Shown here piece after piece: positions 18,330 through 27,386 of a stretch of 64,000 nucleotides of DNA. The DNA lies in NCBI GenBank assembly GCA_965263035.1, contig OZ253580.1, positions 5,408,001-5,472,000 on the forward strand, read 5' to 3'. The position numbers were made by a program, and so were the translations under genes. Source of the DNA: Acidobacteriota bacterium. GTDB taxonomy: Bacteria; Acidobacteriota; UBA6911; RPQK01; JAJDTT01. A model generated the notes under the pieces. The model saw only the letters and a program-made list of their open reading frames with translations, had not been told where the DNA came from and searched no databases. Numbering within the stretch: position 1 is the first letter of the stretch; each line of letters starts with the position of its first letter.

Positions 18330-18739
18330 GCGCCGTAACCCTCGATCCAGACCTCTCCATCCTCGTAATGTTCCTTCTTCCAGATGGGGACCGAGGTCTT
18401 CAGCGTGTCGATGGCGAACCGGCAGGCCTCGAACGCGTCCGCGCGATGGGCCGAGGCGACCGCGATGAAGACGCTGCTCTCTCCGATCTCGAGTCGTCCC
18501 GTTCGATGGACGATGGCCAATCCCTGAAGCGGCCACTTCTCCAGGGCCTGCTTGCGGATCTTGGCCATCTCGGTCTGGGCCATTTCCGGGTAAGCCTCGT
18601 AAAAGAGATGAGTGACCGATTTGCCTAGGGCGTGATCGCGCACGACGCCGTCGAAGGTGACCACCGCACCCGCCTGGGGAGAAGCGACGCTACGGACGAC
18701 CTGATCCCGATCGATGGGAGTCGTGACGAGCTCGATCAC
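18326..18739 (-). CDS. moaE: Molybdopterin synthase catalytic subunit
   Basis: [40 protein letters not shown]; GTG start after GGAGGA. Confidence 0.93.
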   Translation of the reverse strand: MIELVTTPIDRDQVVRSVASPQAGAVVTFDGVVRDHALGKSVTHLFYEAYPEMAQTEMAKIRKQALEKWPLQGLAIVHRTGRLEIGESSVFIAVASAHRADAFEACRFAIDTLKTSVPIWKKEHYEDGEVWIEGYGA

Positions 18740-18990
18740 ACAGTTCCTCCACTCACGGGGGGGAAGAATGCGATCTCGTCCCCGGGAAAAATCTCCTGAT
18801 TCCAGTCCGAGTACTCTTGGTTGACGGCTACCAGGAGCACCTTCCCGTAGCGCTCCAAGCCGGGAAACTGCTTCGCCAGCCGGCGGAAGACCTGGCGCGC
18901 CGTGTCTCCGGGAGGGACCGAGTCGAGGAGTATCTCGGACTGGCCCACGACGTCTCGGAGGGAGGCGAACAGACAGATCTTGACGACCAC
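18736..18990 (-). CDS. moaD: Molybdopterin synthase sulfur carrier, ending GG-TV
   Basis: LFASLRD, VAVNQEY, GDEIAFFPPVSGG followed by TV*. Confidence 0.9.
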   Translation of the reverse strand: MVVKICLFASLRDVVGQSEILLDSVPPGDTARQVFRRLAKQFPGLERYGKVLLVAVNQEYSDWNQEIFPGDEIAFFPPVSGGTV

Positions 18991-19077
18991 AGATGCAGTA
19001 TAGCAGCCGCATCCGGACCAGGGATGCGCGTTGGACGGGGCCTGACAAGGGCAATGATCGCTTCCGTAAAACCTGGG

Positions 19078-19129
19078 AAAGAGAAAAGAGAAAAAAGGAA
19101 AGAGTGAAGAAAGAAGGGTCGTTTACGCG
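19078..19129 (+). repeat. Purine-heptamer/GTTTACGCG intergenic module, copy 1
   Basis: (AAAGAGN-like)x4-GAAGAAA-N8-GTTTACGCG; same layout at 27173 and 58056. Confidence 0.7.
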
Positions 19130-19185
19130 CAGTGGGGCGCCAGCCGGTGGGGAGGCTGCTATTCGATTCCCGATTCATGAATAAG

Positions 19186-19238
19186 GGTCAGTTTTTACTA
19201 TCTATAGTAAACTCAAGGTCAGTTTTTACTATCTATAG
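19186..19238. promoter_or_regulatory. Tandem 22-bp direct repeat containing an AT-rich palindrome; putative operator pair
   Basis: GGTCAGTTTTTACTATCTATAG at 19186 and 19217; TTTACTAT-CT-ATAGTAAA at 19194-19211; lies in the divergent moaD/nfeD spacer. Confidence 0.55.
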
Positions 19239-19502
19239 CGAATATTCTGCCAACGGACAGCGTATGATCGGGTTGCAGTCTGCGTGAAACCGCCCTGCGG
19301 CCCGCACGACCCTCCCCAATTTGCGACCCTGATCCAGAACAACTCGATGCCCTGTTTCTTCGCCGACCCCGCCGGGCTCCGGGTGGGGGGGAGTGTCTCT
19401 GAAGGTTCCCGTTCGGTCGCGTTTCCTCGCCTTCGGGCGGAGTCCGGAGCCGGCCGGATACCTTGGCGATTTTCGCCTGGGACTGATAAGATCGCAGGTC
19501 AG

Positions 19503-20810
19503 ATGATGAGGGCGCTGGGCCTGCTACTGCTCCTGTCGACATCGGTTGTGCAAGCCGAAATCGTCAAGGTCGAGATCGACGGCCCCATCGATCCCATCAC
19601 CTCCGAATTCATCACTTCCGCCATCGACCAGGCAGAGGCATCGAATGCTGAATTCCTCTTGATCCGTCTGGCCACGCCGGGCGGCCTCGGCATCTCCATG
19701 CAGGAGATCATCCAGAGCATCCTCAACTCGCCGGTTCCGGTCGTCTGCTTCGTGGCTCCCCAGGGTTCCCGAGCCGCGTCCGCCGGCTTCTTCATCCTGC
19801 TCTCGGCGGATGTCGCCGTCATGGCTCCCGGGACCAATACGGGGGCGGCGCATCCCGTTTTCCCCTTCGGCATGGAGAACAAGATCATGCTGGAGAAGGT
19901 CAAGAACGACGCCGTGGCCGGTTTGAGGGCGATCGTGCAACAGAGGAAGCGCAACTACGAGCTGGCCGAGAAGGGTGTCCTGGAGAGTAAATCCTATACC
20001 GCCCAGGAAGCCTTGGAGGGAGGTCTCATCGACTTGGTGGTGGCCGACCAGAACGCACTCCTGGTGGCGCTTGAGGGAAAGCGGATCCAGCGGTTTTCCG
20101 GAGACTCCCAGGTTCTGACCACCACGGGGCAGGATATTCGGGGCATCGAGATGACGTTCCGGCAGAAGGTGCTCAGCTCCATTGCCAATCCCAACGTCGC
20201 TCTCATTCTGGGGGTGGCGGGCCTCTTGGGGTTGTATTTGGAATTTTCCAGCCCCGGACTGATTCTCCCGGGCATGTTGGGAGGGATCAGTCTGCTCCTG
20301 GCTCTTCTGGGATTCTCATTGCTTCCGGTAAACTACATCGGAATTCTGCTCATCCTTTTGGCCCTGGGTCTGTTCGTGGCCGAGGTCACGGTTCAGGGAT
20401 TCGGGCTCTTGGGCGCCGGAGGAACCGTCGCAATGCTATTGGGCATATTGTTTCTGGTGGACTCCCCCTTTCCCGAACTCCGCATCAGTTTCGAGTTGGC
20501 CCTGGCGGTCGCCATTCCCTTTGCCTTGATCGCCATCCTTCTCCTGCACCTGACCTTGAAGTCGGTGAGATTGAAGGTGTCGACCGGGACGGAGGGGATG
20601 GTGGGAAGTTATGGCGTGGCCCAGACACCCATCGAACCGGATGAAGGACGAGTGCTGGTTGTGGGTGAGCGATGGAACGCGGTATCGGCGGCGCCGATTC
20701 CGAAGGGGGCCAAGGTCAAGGTGGTGGGCGCCAGGAATCTGGTCCTGGTCGTTGAGCCCTATGCCGGGTCGGGAGTATCTTTGGCCATGCCGGCCGAGGA
20801 CGAGGGGTGA
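19503..20810 (+). CDS. nfeD: NfeD-family membrane-bound serine protease (long form)
   Basis: Signal peptide, LATPGG, AASAG, MAPGTNTGAAHPV, TM block, C-terminal OB fold (GRVLVVGERW). Confidence 0.9.
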   Translation: MMRALGLLLLLSTSVVQAEIVKVEIDGPIDPITSEFITSAIDQAEASNAEFLLIRLATPGGLGISMQEIIQSILNSPVPVVCFVAPQGSRAASAGFFILLSADVAVMAPGTNTGAAHPVFPFGMENKIMLEKVKNDAVAGLRAIVQQRKRNYELAEKGVLESKSYTAQEALEGGLIDLVVADQNALLVALEGKRIQRFSGDSQVLTTTGQDIRGIEMTFRQKVLSSIANPNVALILGVAGLLGLYLEFSSPGLILPGMLGGISLLLALLGFSLLPVNYIGILLILLALGLFVAEVTVQGFGLLGAGGTVAMLLGILFLVDSPFPELRISFELALAVAIPFALIAILLLHLTLKSVRLKVSTGTEGMVGSYGVAQTPIEPDEGRVLVVGERWNAVSAAPIPKGAKVKVVGARNLVLVVEPYAGSGVSLAMPAEDEG

Positions 20811-20831
20811 GTAGCCCCGGTTGATTTTTTC

Positions 20832-20996
20832 TAGGAGTCTGCGCGGTAGAAATGATCGTAGCGAGAAAGTGGGGAATCGAGGCCAGATTTTCTCGATTTT
20901 GAGGTGCATAGTTGTTCTATTCGCCGAGAAATCGAGGAAATATGGACCGATTCTACCGCTTTCGCAGTAGATCAATTTCTGCGGCGCAGGCTCCTA
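20832..20996. repeat. 165-bp MITE-like palindromic element (family B)
   Basis: Termini TAGGAGTCTGCGCGGTAGAAAT and TAGGAGCCTGCGCCGCAGAAAT (reverse complement); self-complementary along most of its length. Confidence 0.75.
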
Positions 20997-21033
20997 ACAT
21001 ATTGCGGGCCTTCCTGCAGGAGTGGAGGTTTCC

Positions 21034-21831
21034 ATGTTTGAGTCTGTATCGTTTACGACTTTGATACTGGTTGGCATCGTCGTTCTCTACGCACTGTCGG
21101 TCATCAACATCCTGAGGGAGTATGAGCGTGGGGTCATCTTCCGCCTGGGTAGACTTCTGCCCGCGGCGAAGGGGCCCGGATTGATCCTGGTTTTCTGGCC
21201 CATTGATCGCATAGAGCGCATCAGCCTGAGGATGGTGGTCATGGACGTCCCGGCCCAGGATGTCATTACCAAGGACAACGTCTCGGTCAAGGTCAACGCC
21301 ATCGTCTATTTTCGAGTCGTCGAGCCGACCAGCGCCGTCGTTTCCGTGGAGAATTATTTGTTCGCCACCTCCCAGCTCTCCCAGACGACCTTGCGCTCGG
21401 TCCTGGGGCAGGTGGAGTTGGATGATCTGTTGAGCAAGCGGGAAGAACTCAACGACCGGCTGCAGTCGATTCTGGATCAACACACCGACCCCTGGGGAAT
21501 CAAGGTGTCCCTGGTGGAGATCAAAACCGTGGACCTTCCGGCGGAGATGCAACGGGCCATGGCTCGGCAGGCCGAAGCCGAGCGGGAGCGGAGAGCCAAG
21601 ATAATCCATGCCCAAGGAGAGTTCCAGGCGGCGGAGCGCCTGAGAGAAGCGGGAGCCACCCTGGCCAAGGAGCCGGTGTCGCTACAGCTCCGCTATCTGT
21701 CCACTCTCTCGGAGATTGCCACCGAGCAGAACTCCACCATCGTGTTCCCCCTCCCCATAGATCTGGTGACTCCCCTGATACAGTTGGCCAAGAAGGCCGG
21801 GGCTCAGAGCGGCGGTGATTCCGAAGATTGA
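21034..21831 (+). CDS. SPFH/stomatin (slipin) family membrane protein
   Basis: [49 protein letters not shown]. Confidence 0.95.
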   Translation: MFESVSFTTLILVGIVVLYALSVINILREYERGVIFRLGRLLPAAKGPGLILVFWPIDRIERISLRMVVMDVPAQDVITKDNVSVKVNAIVYFRVVEPTSAVVSVENYLFATSQLSQTTLRSVLGQVELDDLLSKREELNDRLQSILDQHTDPWGIKVSLVEIKTVDLPAEMQRAMARQAEAERERRAKIIHAQGEFQAAERLREAGATLAKEPVSLQLRYLSTLSEIATEQNSTIVFPLPIDLVTPLIQLAKKAGAQSGGDSED

Positions 21832-22369
21832 TTGGCGAGAGATAGTTCACCTTTATGGGCTCACTCTCCTCACAGTAACTGGATTCTTCCTCCTCGGCCT
21901 CCATGTGGGCCGCAGTTTCCCGGTGGAGACGGAGCCGGCACGTTTAAGGGCGCCGGCAGGGGGCGGCTCCTCCGGGTCCGAATCGAAGCCTCAGTTGGAG
22001 TTCTACGGGCGTCTGAATGACCCGACGACCCGGGGTTCGGATACACCCGGCGCCAAGTCTTCTCCCCTTCCGATACCGGACGCAACAGGCTCCGGCGCCC
22101 TGAGCAACGCGCATGTGCCGCCATCAGGCGCTGGCCGATTCACCGTTCAGATTGCCGCCATGGAGCGGGAAGCGGAGGCGCGGAAGGAGTTGACGCGAGT
22201 TCGGTCCCGGGGATACTTGGCCGAGATACGCCGCCTGGGGCCAAACGATCGTTACTATCGGGTCTGGGTCGGAGACTTTCCCACCAAGGAGCAAGCCGAC
22301 CACTTGGCCGGCCGATTGTACGAAGACGGGTTCCCTACGTTCGTGCGGAGCATGTCCAAATCCCCATGA
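21815..22369 (+). CDS. Membrane-anchored SPOR-domain protein
   Basis: N-terminal TM helix, low-complexity linker, [16 protein letters not shown]. Confidence 0.8.
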   Translation: MIPKIDWREIVHLYGLTLLTVTGFFLLGLHVGRSFPVETEPARLRAPAGGGSSGSESKPQLEFYGRLNDPTTRGSDTPGAKSSPLPIPDATGSGALSNAHVPPSGAGRFTVQIAAMEREAEARKELTRVRSRGYLAEIRRLGPNDRYYRVWVGDFPTKEQADHLAGRLYEDGFPTFVRSMSKSP

Positions 22370-23856
22370 ATGGTTGGGCGCTGCGTCCGCTGGTCTCCGG
22401 GGTCGGGATCTGTCTGGCCTTCCCTGGATTTTCTCTCTACCCTCTGGCGTGGGTCGCATTGGCGCCCTACCTCCAATTCCTCCTGGGGACCAGCTCCCGG
22501 CGCCGGGTTCTGGCGGGACATCTGATCTTCTCGTCCCTTTACTTCGGAGGAGTCCTCTACTGGATTCCGCGTGTCCTGGTCGAGTACGGCAATCTGGACT
22601 GGTTCACGTCCGCCCTCGTCTTCGGGCTCATGATCCTGTTGCTGGATCTGTTCCTGCTTCCTTTTTCCCTCCTGACCCACACCGTGGCCCGAAGGTCTGC
22701 AAGCCTCGCTCTCTGGTCGGTTCCGGGCCTGTGGATCTTGACCGAGCTGCTGCGTAACTACTACACCGTAAACGGATTTCCCTGGGCGTTGGTGGGACAG
22801 ACCCAATTCCCCTACCGCTGGATCGTTCAGGTGGCCGATCTGAGCGGCGTCTACCTGATCTCGTTTCTGGTGCTGCTGGGGAATGCAGCTCTGGTGGCGG
22901 TCCTTCGATACCGGAGTTGGAGAATCCCCATCGTTTTCGCACTCTGTTTCGCGGGGGCCAATCTGTATGGGTTGTACCGCTGCCATATCTGGACCCCGCC
23001 GCCCGGCCCAGAACTGCGCGTGGCCCTGGTGCAGCCCCATGTCGGGCTCTTTGCCGATCGCCGGCACTATGCCGGGAAGTACTTCGATGAACTTCCCCGG
23101 CACTACCGGAAGGCGGCTGAAGAAGGAGTCGACTGGGTGATCTTCCCGGAGGCCCAGAACCCCTACCTGTTTGAGACGAACTCCGAATTTCGGGAATTCT
23201 GGCGACGTCAGGTCGAGACGGCGGGCGTGCCCCTTTTGTTGAACGGCACCTCGATTGAACCGCCCCCATCCACCCGCTATTTCAACAGCGTCTACCTCCT
23301 GGAGGGCGGGGAATCGGCGTCCTACCGCTACGACAAGATTCATCTGGTTCCATTCGGAGAGTACGTCCCGATGGCGGAGTGGCTCGAATTCGCCACACCT
23401 CTGGTCCAGGAGGTGGGCGGGTTCCATCCGGGGCGGGAACCTGTCCTCGGTCAGGTTTCCGGGGTCCGGTTCGCGACGCTGATCTGCTTCGAGGGCATTT
23501 TCCCCGAGTTGGCCCGAGACTTTGTCCGGAGCGGGGCGGAAGTCCTGGTCAACATCACGAATGACACTTGGTATGGTGCAACGGCGGCCCCGTTGCAACA
23601 CTTTCAGTTCGGTGCTTTTCGAGCCATCGAACAGCGCCGTCCCCTCCTGCGCTGTGCCAACAGCGGCTTTTCGGCCCACATCGACGCCACGGGTGCGGTT
23701 CGGCGCCAGACCGGTCTCTTCGAGGAGGGCCTGCTGGTCGACACGGTCCATTCGAGTTCCTACCGGTCCATATACTCCCGGGTGGGCGAATGGATTAATA
23801 TGTTTCTGGTCGGCTTGGCGCTTCTCGGTCTGTTTTTCCCTCGGAGGCGGCAATAA
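22366..23856 (+). CDS. lnt: Apolipoprotein N-acyltransferase
   Basis: GFPW, FPEA, YDKIHLVPFGEYVP, LICFEGIF, NITNDTWYG. Confidence 0.95.
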   Translation: MNGWALRPLVSGVGICLAFPGFSLYPLAWVALAPYLQFLLGTSSRRRVLAGHLIFSSLYFGGVLYWIPRVLVEYGNLDWFTSALVFGLMILLLDLFLLPFSLLTHTVARRSASLALWSVPGLWILTELLRNYYTVNGFPWALVGQTQFPYRWIVQVADLSGVYLISFLVLLGNAALVAVLRYRSWRIPIVFALCFAGANLYGLYRCHIWTPPPGPELRVALVQPHVGLFADRRHYAGKYFDELPRHYRKAAEEGVDWVIFPEAQNPYLFETNSEFREFWRRQVETAGVPLLLNGTSIEPPPSTRYFNSVYLLEGGESASYRYDKIHLVPFGEYVPMAEWLEFATPLVQEVGGFHPGREPVLGQVSGVRFATLICFEGIFPELARDFVRSGAEVLVNITNDTWYGATAAPLQHFQFGAFRAIEQRRPLLRCANSGFSAHIDATGAVRRQTGLFEEGLLVDTVHSSSYRSIYSRVGEWINMFLVGLALLGLFFPRRRQ

Positions 23857-23943
23857 GGCGTCGCCGTAAGATCTGATTGAATCGCACCGTCGGGAAAGCG
23901 TCATCGCCGGAATCCGTAGCTTAGATACAGGGAGGTTGTTGCC

Positions 23944-25096
23944 ATGGAGGATATTCAGGAACGCTATCGGGGTCTGAGGGCCAGGGTCGACAACCTGTGG
24001 GAGTATCTTTGACGTCGAAGCCAAGGAAAGGGAATTGGCGCAAATCGAGGAGGTGATCTCGGACCCGGCCTTCTGGACCCGGGCCCAGGAGTCCCAACAC
24101 GTTCTCCGCCGCCGCCGTTACCTGCACCGGAGTCTGGAGTTGTCCCGGAAGTGCGGGAACGGTCTGGAGGACCTGGAGGTGTTGATTGAGCTGGAGAGGG
24201 AGGGGGAGGACGTCCTCGGCGATATCCGGCAACAGGTACGGGACCTCGAGGAACGGCTCTCCAAGGCCGAGTTGAACACGCTCCTCTCAGGCCAGAACGA
24301 CGCCTGTAACGCCATCGTGACCATCCATCCGGGTGCCGGAGGCACCGAGAGCCAGGATTGGGCCCAGATGCTTTTTCGCATGTACCTGAGATGGGCGGAA
24401 AAGCAGGGCTACAAGACGGAGATCGTGGACTTTCAGGAAGGTGAGGAGGCCGGGATCAAGTCGGTGACGTTCCTGGCTCAAGGAGACTACGGGTATGGAT
24501 ACCTGTTGGGTGAGATCGGTGTCCATCGCCTGGTGCGCATCTCTCCCTACGATTCCGCCGCCAGACGCCACACCTCGTTCGCCTCGGTCTTCGTCTCACC
24601 CGAGATCGACGACAGTGTGCAGGTTGTCATCGACGAGAAGGATCTCAAGATCGACACCTACCGGTCCTCCGGTAGCGGCGGGCAGCACGTGAACGTCACG
24701 GATTCGGCCGTCCGCATCACCCATCTGCCGACGGGAATCGTCGTGCAATGCCAGAACGAACGGTCCCAACACCGGAACAAGGACACGGCGATGAAGGTCC
24801 TCAGGGCCAAGATCTACGACTACGAAATGGCGAAGAGGCGGAAGGAACTGGATGAGGTCGAGGACTCCAAGGCCGACATCGCGTGGGGCAGCCAGATTCG
24901 TTCGTACGTGCTGCACCCCTATCGCTTGGTCAAGGACCACCGGACCCGGATCGATATCGGGGACGTGGATTCGGTACTGGACGGGGGAATCGATCGCTTC
25001 ATCGAAGCCTATTTGAAACGGCGTAGCCGAGAGAAGAGCCGGCGCGGGAGAATTTCACGATCCGGAACCTATAATAACGACTCGAAAGGTAGTTAA
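23944..25096 (+). CDS. prfB: Peptide chain release factor 2 with programmed +1 frameshift
   Basis: ATG at 23944 ...TGG GAG TAT CTT TGA C (24007-24013); the downstream frame has GAGGTESQDW, SPY and SGSGGQHVN. Confidence 0.96.
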
Positions 25097-25105
25097 GTAT
25101 ATTTG

Positions 25106-25831
25106 GTGAAAGCAGACTCTGAACCCCAGGAGAACACTTCACCGGAGGAATTTCCGGAACCGCAAGGTCGGGTCCCGGATGAAGAGTTGCGGGAACAGGC
25201 CCGTAGACTCCGGGTGGCGGTTCGAAAGGACGGAACCGGTCCGTCCGATCCGTCCTTCCTCGGCAAGTTCCTCTACCTGATGTTCTTCATGGGGGTGATG
25301 GTGAGCACCATCTATCTCCTCATGTTCCCCTCCGTCCGGCATGGGTTGGTCCTTCAGGTTTCGGAACTGTGGATGGACGCTGCCCGCGACGTCAACCGGT
25401 CCCACATCTATCGGCTTCCGCCCCCTCCGCCCAAACCCGCCGAGCAGAAGGTGGTCTTCCAGGCCCCCGTCCCGATCGTGTCCGGTTCGAATGTGCCGGA
25501 GGGTGGAACCATCTCTACCGGAGCGAACTCGAGCGGCGGTCCCCGCCAAGCCAAGGCTCTGAAGAAGACTCGAGACTCCGAGACGGCCTACCGGCTGCTC
25601 CTGGAAAAGTCGGCCGCCGCCAAGGATCTTGCGGAGGGAAAGACTCCCGGGCAGGCGTTCAAGGAGTGGAGATTGGTGAAAGACGACGTTCCCGTCTTGT
25701 GGATCGACCTTGTCGCGACTCGGGAGGCGGGTCCGGAAATCCACTTTATCTGGTCGGTGGATCTGGAGACCCGATCCGCAACCGCGTTGAGCCAGGCGGC
25801 ACGGGACCTGGAGCAGCCCGCATCCAATTGA
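25106..25831 (+). CDS. Hypothetical single-pass membrane protein
   Basis: One hydrophobic segment (FLYLMFFMGVMVSTIYLLMF) and a Pro-rich linker; fills the gap after prfB. Confidence 0.65.
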   Translation: MKADSEPQENTSPEEFPEPQGRVPDEELREQARRLRVAVRKDGTGPSDPSFLGKFLYLMFFMGVMVSTIYLLMFPSVRHGLVLQVSELWMDAARDVNRSHIYRLPPPPPKPAEQKVVFQAPVPIVSGSNVPEGGTISTGANSSGGPRQAKALKKTRDSETAYRLLLEKSAAAKDLAEGKTPGQAFKEWRLVKDDVPVLWIDLVATREAGPEIHFIWSVDLETRSATALSQAARDLEQPASN

Positions 25832-25834
25832 CGT

Positions 25835-27037
25835 TCATCCAATTGATCGCTTCCGAATCGGTGGCGGAGTGGGTTTGGGTTCCCCTCCGCCCGGCACGAG
25901 ATAGCGCCGCCGGAGTTCATGGGCCAGAACCCGTCCTGTGATGCGGTTCCCCTCGCTGGTGAGATGAGCGAAGTCGAAATAGAGTTCCGATCCGCCGGCT
26001 TGCCGCAGATCGTGAGACAGATCCAGATACGGAATCTGCCGGGATCGACATTGTTCGATGGCTCGATCCATCAGCTTGCGGGCAAAGAGGGCATGCACCG
26101 GAGCGTCTTGCTGGAACACGAAACGGGAGGGGACCAACATGAGGAGAAACGGAATCCGCTCACGCTCAAGTAGATCCCGGATGCCTTCCAACGCCCCAAA
26201 AAGCCTTTTCCAACCGGAGTCGATCCGATGCCGATCCAGGAGAAACTTCTCGTAACCCATGGCGTAGTAGGTCAGGCCCCGGGTGCTGTGGAACGGCTCG
26301 GTGGGACTGATTCGGTACAGAGATTCAAGTATTTTGCGAAGTATAAGCGTGTAAGTATAGGTTTTTTCAAAGAAATAGGGTCCTCGAGACCAAGTTCCCA
26401 GAAGCTGGCCGTCCCAACCCACCACGTACCGGCCGCCGCGGACCCCTCCCGGGAGACCCGCTTCAACCCCTGACGACCAACCGAGCAGAGCCTCGTCGGT
26501 CACGTCGTTGCAGAGTTCGATCTGGACCAATACCAGATCGGGGTTCAGTTCGAGACCTTCCTGATGGATGTAGGCTGCGTAGCTGGAGGGGCTGTAACCT
26601 TGCCCGGACGCGTTGACGACCCGGAAGCGGAAGGCTCCAGGCGGTTTATTGAGTTGCCGTTGCAGAACCTGTCCGTAGCGGTCCCGGGACGGGACGCCGA
26701 GGCCGAATCCGATCGAATCTCCCAGCGAGAGGATACGGAATTCCCCCTCCGGGGGGACGGGGTCCAGAGGCGGCTCGTCGCGGAAACCGTAGGTGTTGGT
26801 GGCGAAGGGTATGTCCCACATGACACCTTCGTAGTCTCCCCTCAAGCGGACCGGCAGGTACCAGGTCTCTTCGGCGTGATCCCGAGGTTCATTGGAGTCC
26901 CCGAGATAGGAGTGGCGGAGCCAAAACTCGGTCGCGAGCAGAATCAGGACGGCTAGAAGCCCGAAGAAGATCAGAGTCAGAAGCAGCAGTCGACTCCGCA
27001 ATTCGTTTCCTGCCTTGGCCGGTGGAATCTCAGACAC
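25835..27037 (-). CDS. SGNH/GDSL hydrolase-family membrane-anchored protein
   Basis: TM helix, TNTYGFRD, ILSLGDSIGFG, VNASGQGY, CNDV, DFAHLTSEGN; start uncertain. Confidence 0.8.
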   Translation of the reverse strand: MSEIPPAKAGNELRSRLLLLTLIFFGLLAVLILLATEFWLRHSYLGDSNEPRDHAEETWYLPVRLRGDYEGVMWDIPFATNTYGFRDEPPLDPVPPEGEFRILSLGDSIGFGLGVPSRDRYGQVLQRQLNKPPGAFRFRVVNASGQGYSPSSYAAYIHQEGLELNPDLVLVQIELCNDVTDEALLGWSSGVEAGLPGGVRGGRYVVGWDGQLLGTWSRGPYFFEKTYTYTLILRKILESLYRISPTEPFHSTRGLTYYAMGYEKFLLDRHRIDSGWKRLFGALEGIRDLLERERIPFLLMLVPSRFVFQQDAPVHALFARKLMDRAIEQCRSRQIPYLDLSHDLRQAGGSELYFDFAHLTSEGNRITGRVLAHELRRRYLVPGGGEPKPTPPPIRKRSIG

Positions 27038-27172
27038 GGAAGTCAGCTTCCGGTTACGGGTAGTCAAGATATGGAATCCAGGGAGACGATTCAAGGGACG
27101 CCGTTGCAGTCGCCTGACCTCCGGCCGACGCAAGTGCTTCGGGAAGCTCCCTTCTCCTCTGAGAAACCGAGG

Positions 27173-27224
27173 AAAGAGCAAAGAGGAACGAGAAAAGAGT
27201 GAAGAAAGGGGCGTAGTTTACGCG
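27173..27224 (+). repeat. Purine-heptamer/GTTTACGCG intergenic module, copy 2
   Basis: AAAGAGC AAAGAGG AACGAGA AAAGAGT GAAGAAA GGGGCGTA GTTTACGCG. Confidence 0.7.
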
Positions 27225-27386
27225 TAGCGGGCACCTCTACCGAAAACGATCTGGTTAAGGATTCTGGAGCCAGATTGTTTCGAAGGCTTGTTTCTTCCAT
27301 GAATCCTCCGGAGCCCAGCCGGTGAGGGAGCTCTCCTCGTTTCTCGCCGTCCGGTGGGCGTCAGCAGACGTTGATAAGATCCGGTC

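Noticed and set aside
19186-19238. Possible mini CRISPR array
   Set aside because: Only two repeats with a 9-nt gap, and no cas genes.
18991-19280. Moco riboswitch upstream of moaD
   Set aside because: The motif could not be recognised by eye; an Infernal/Rfam search would be needed.
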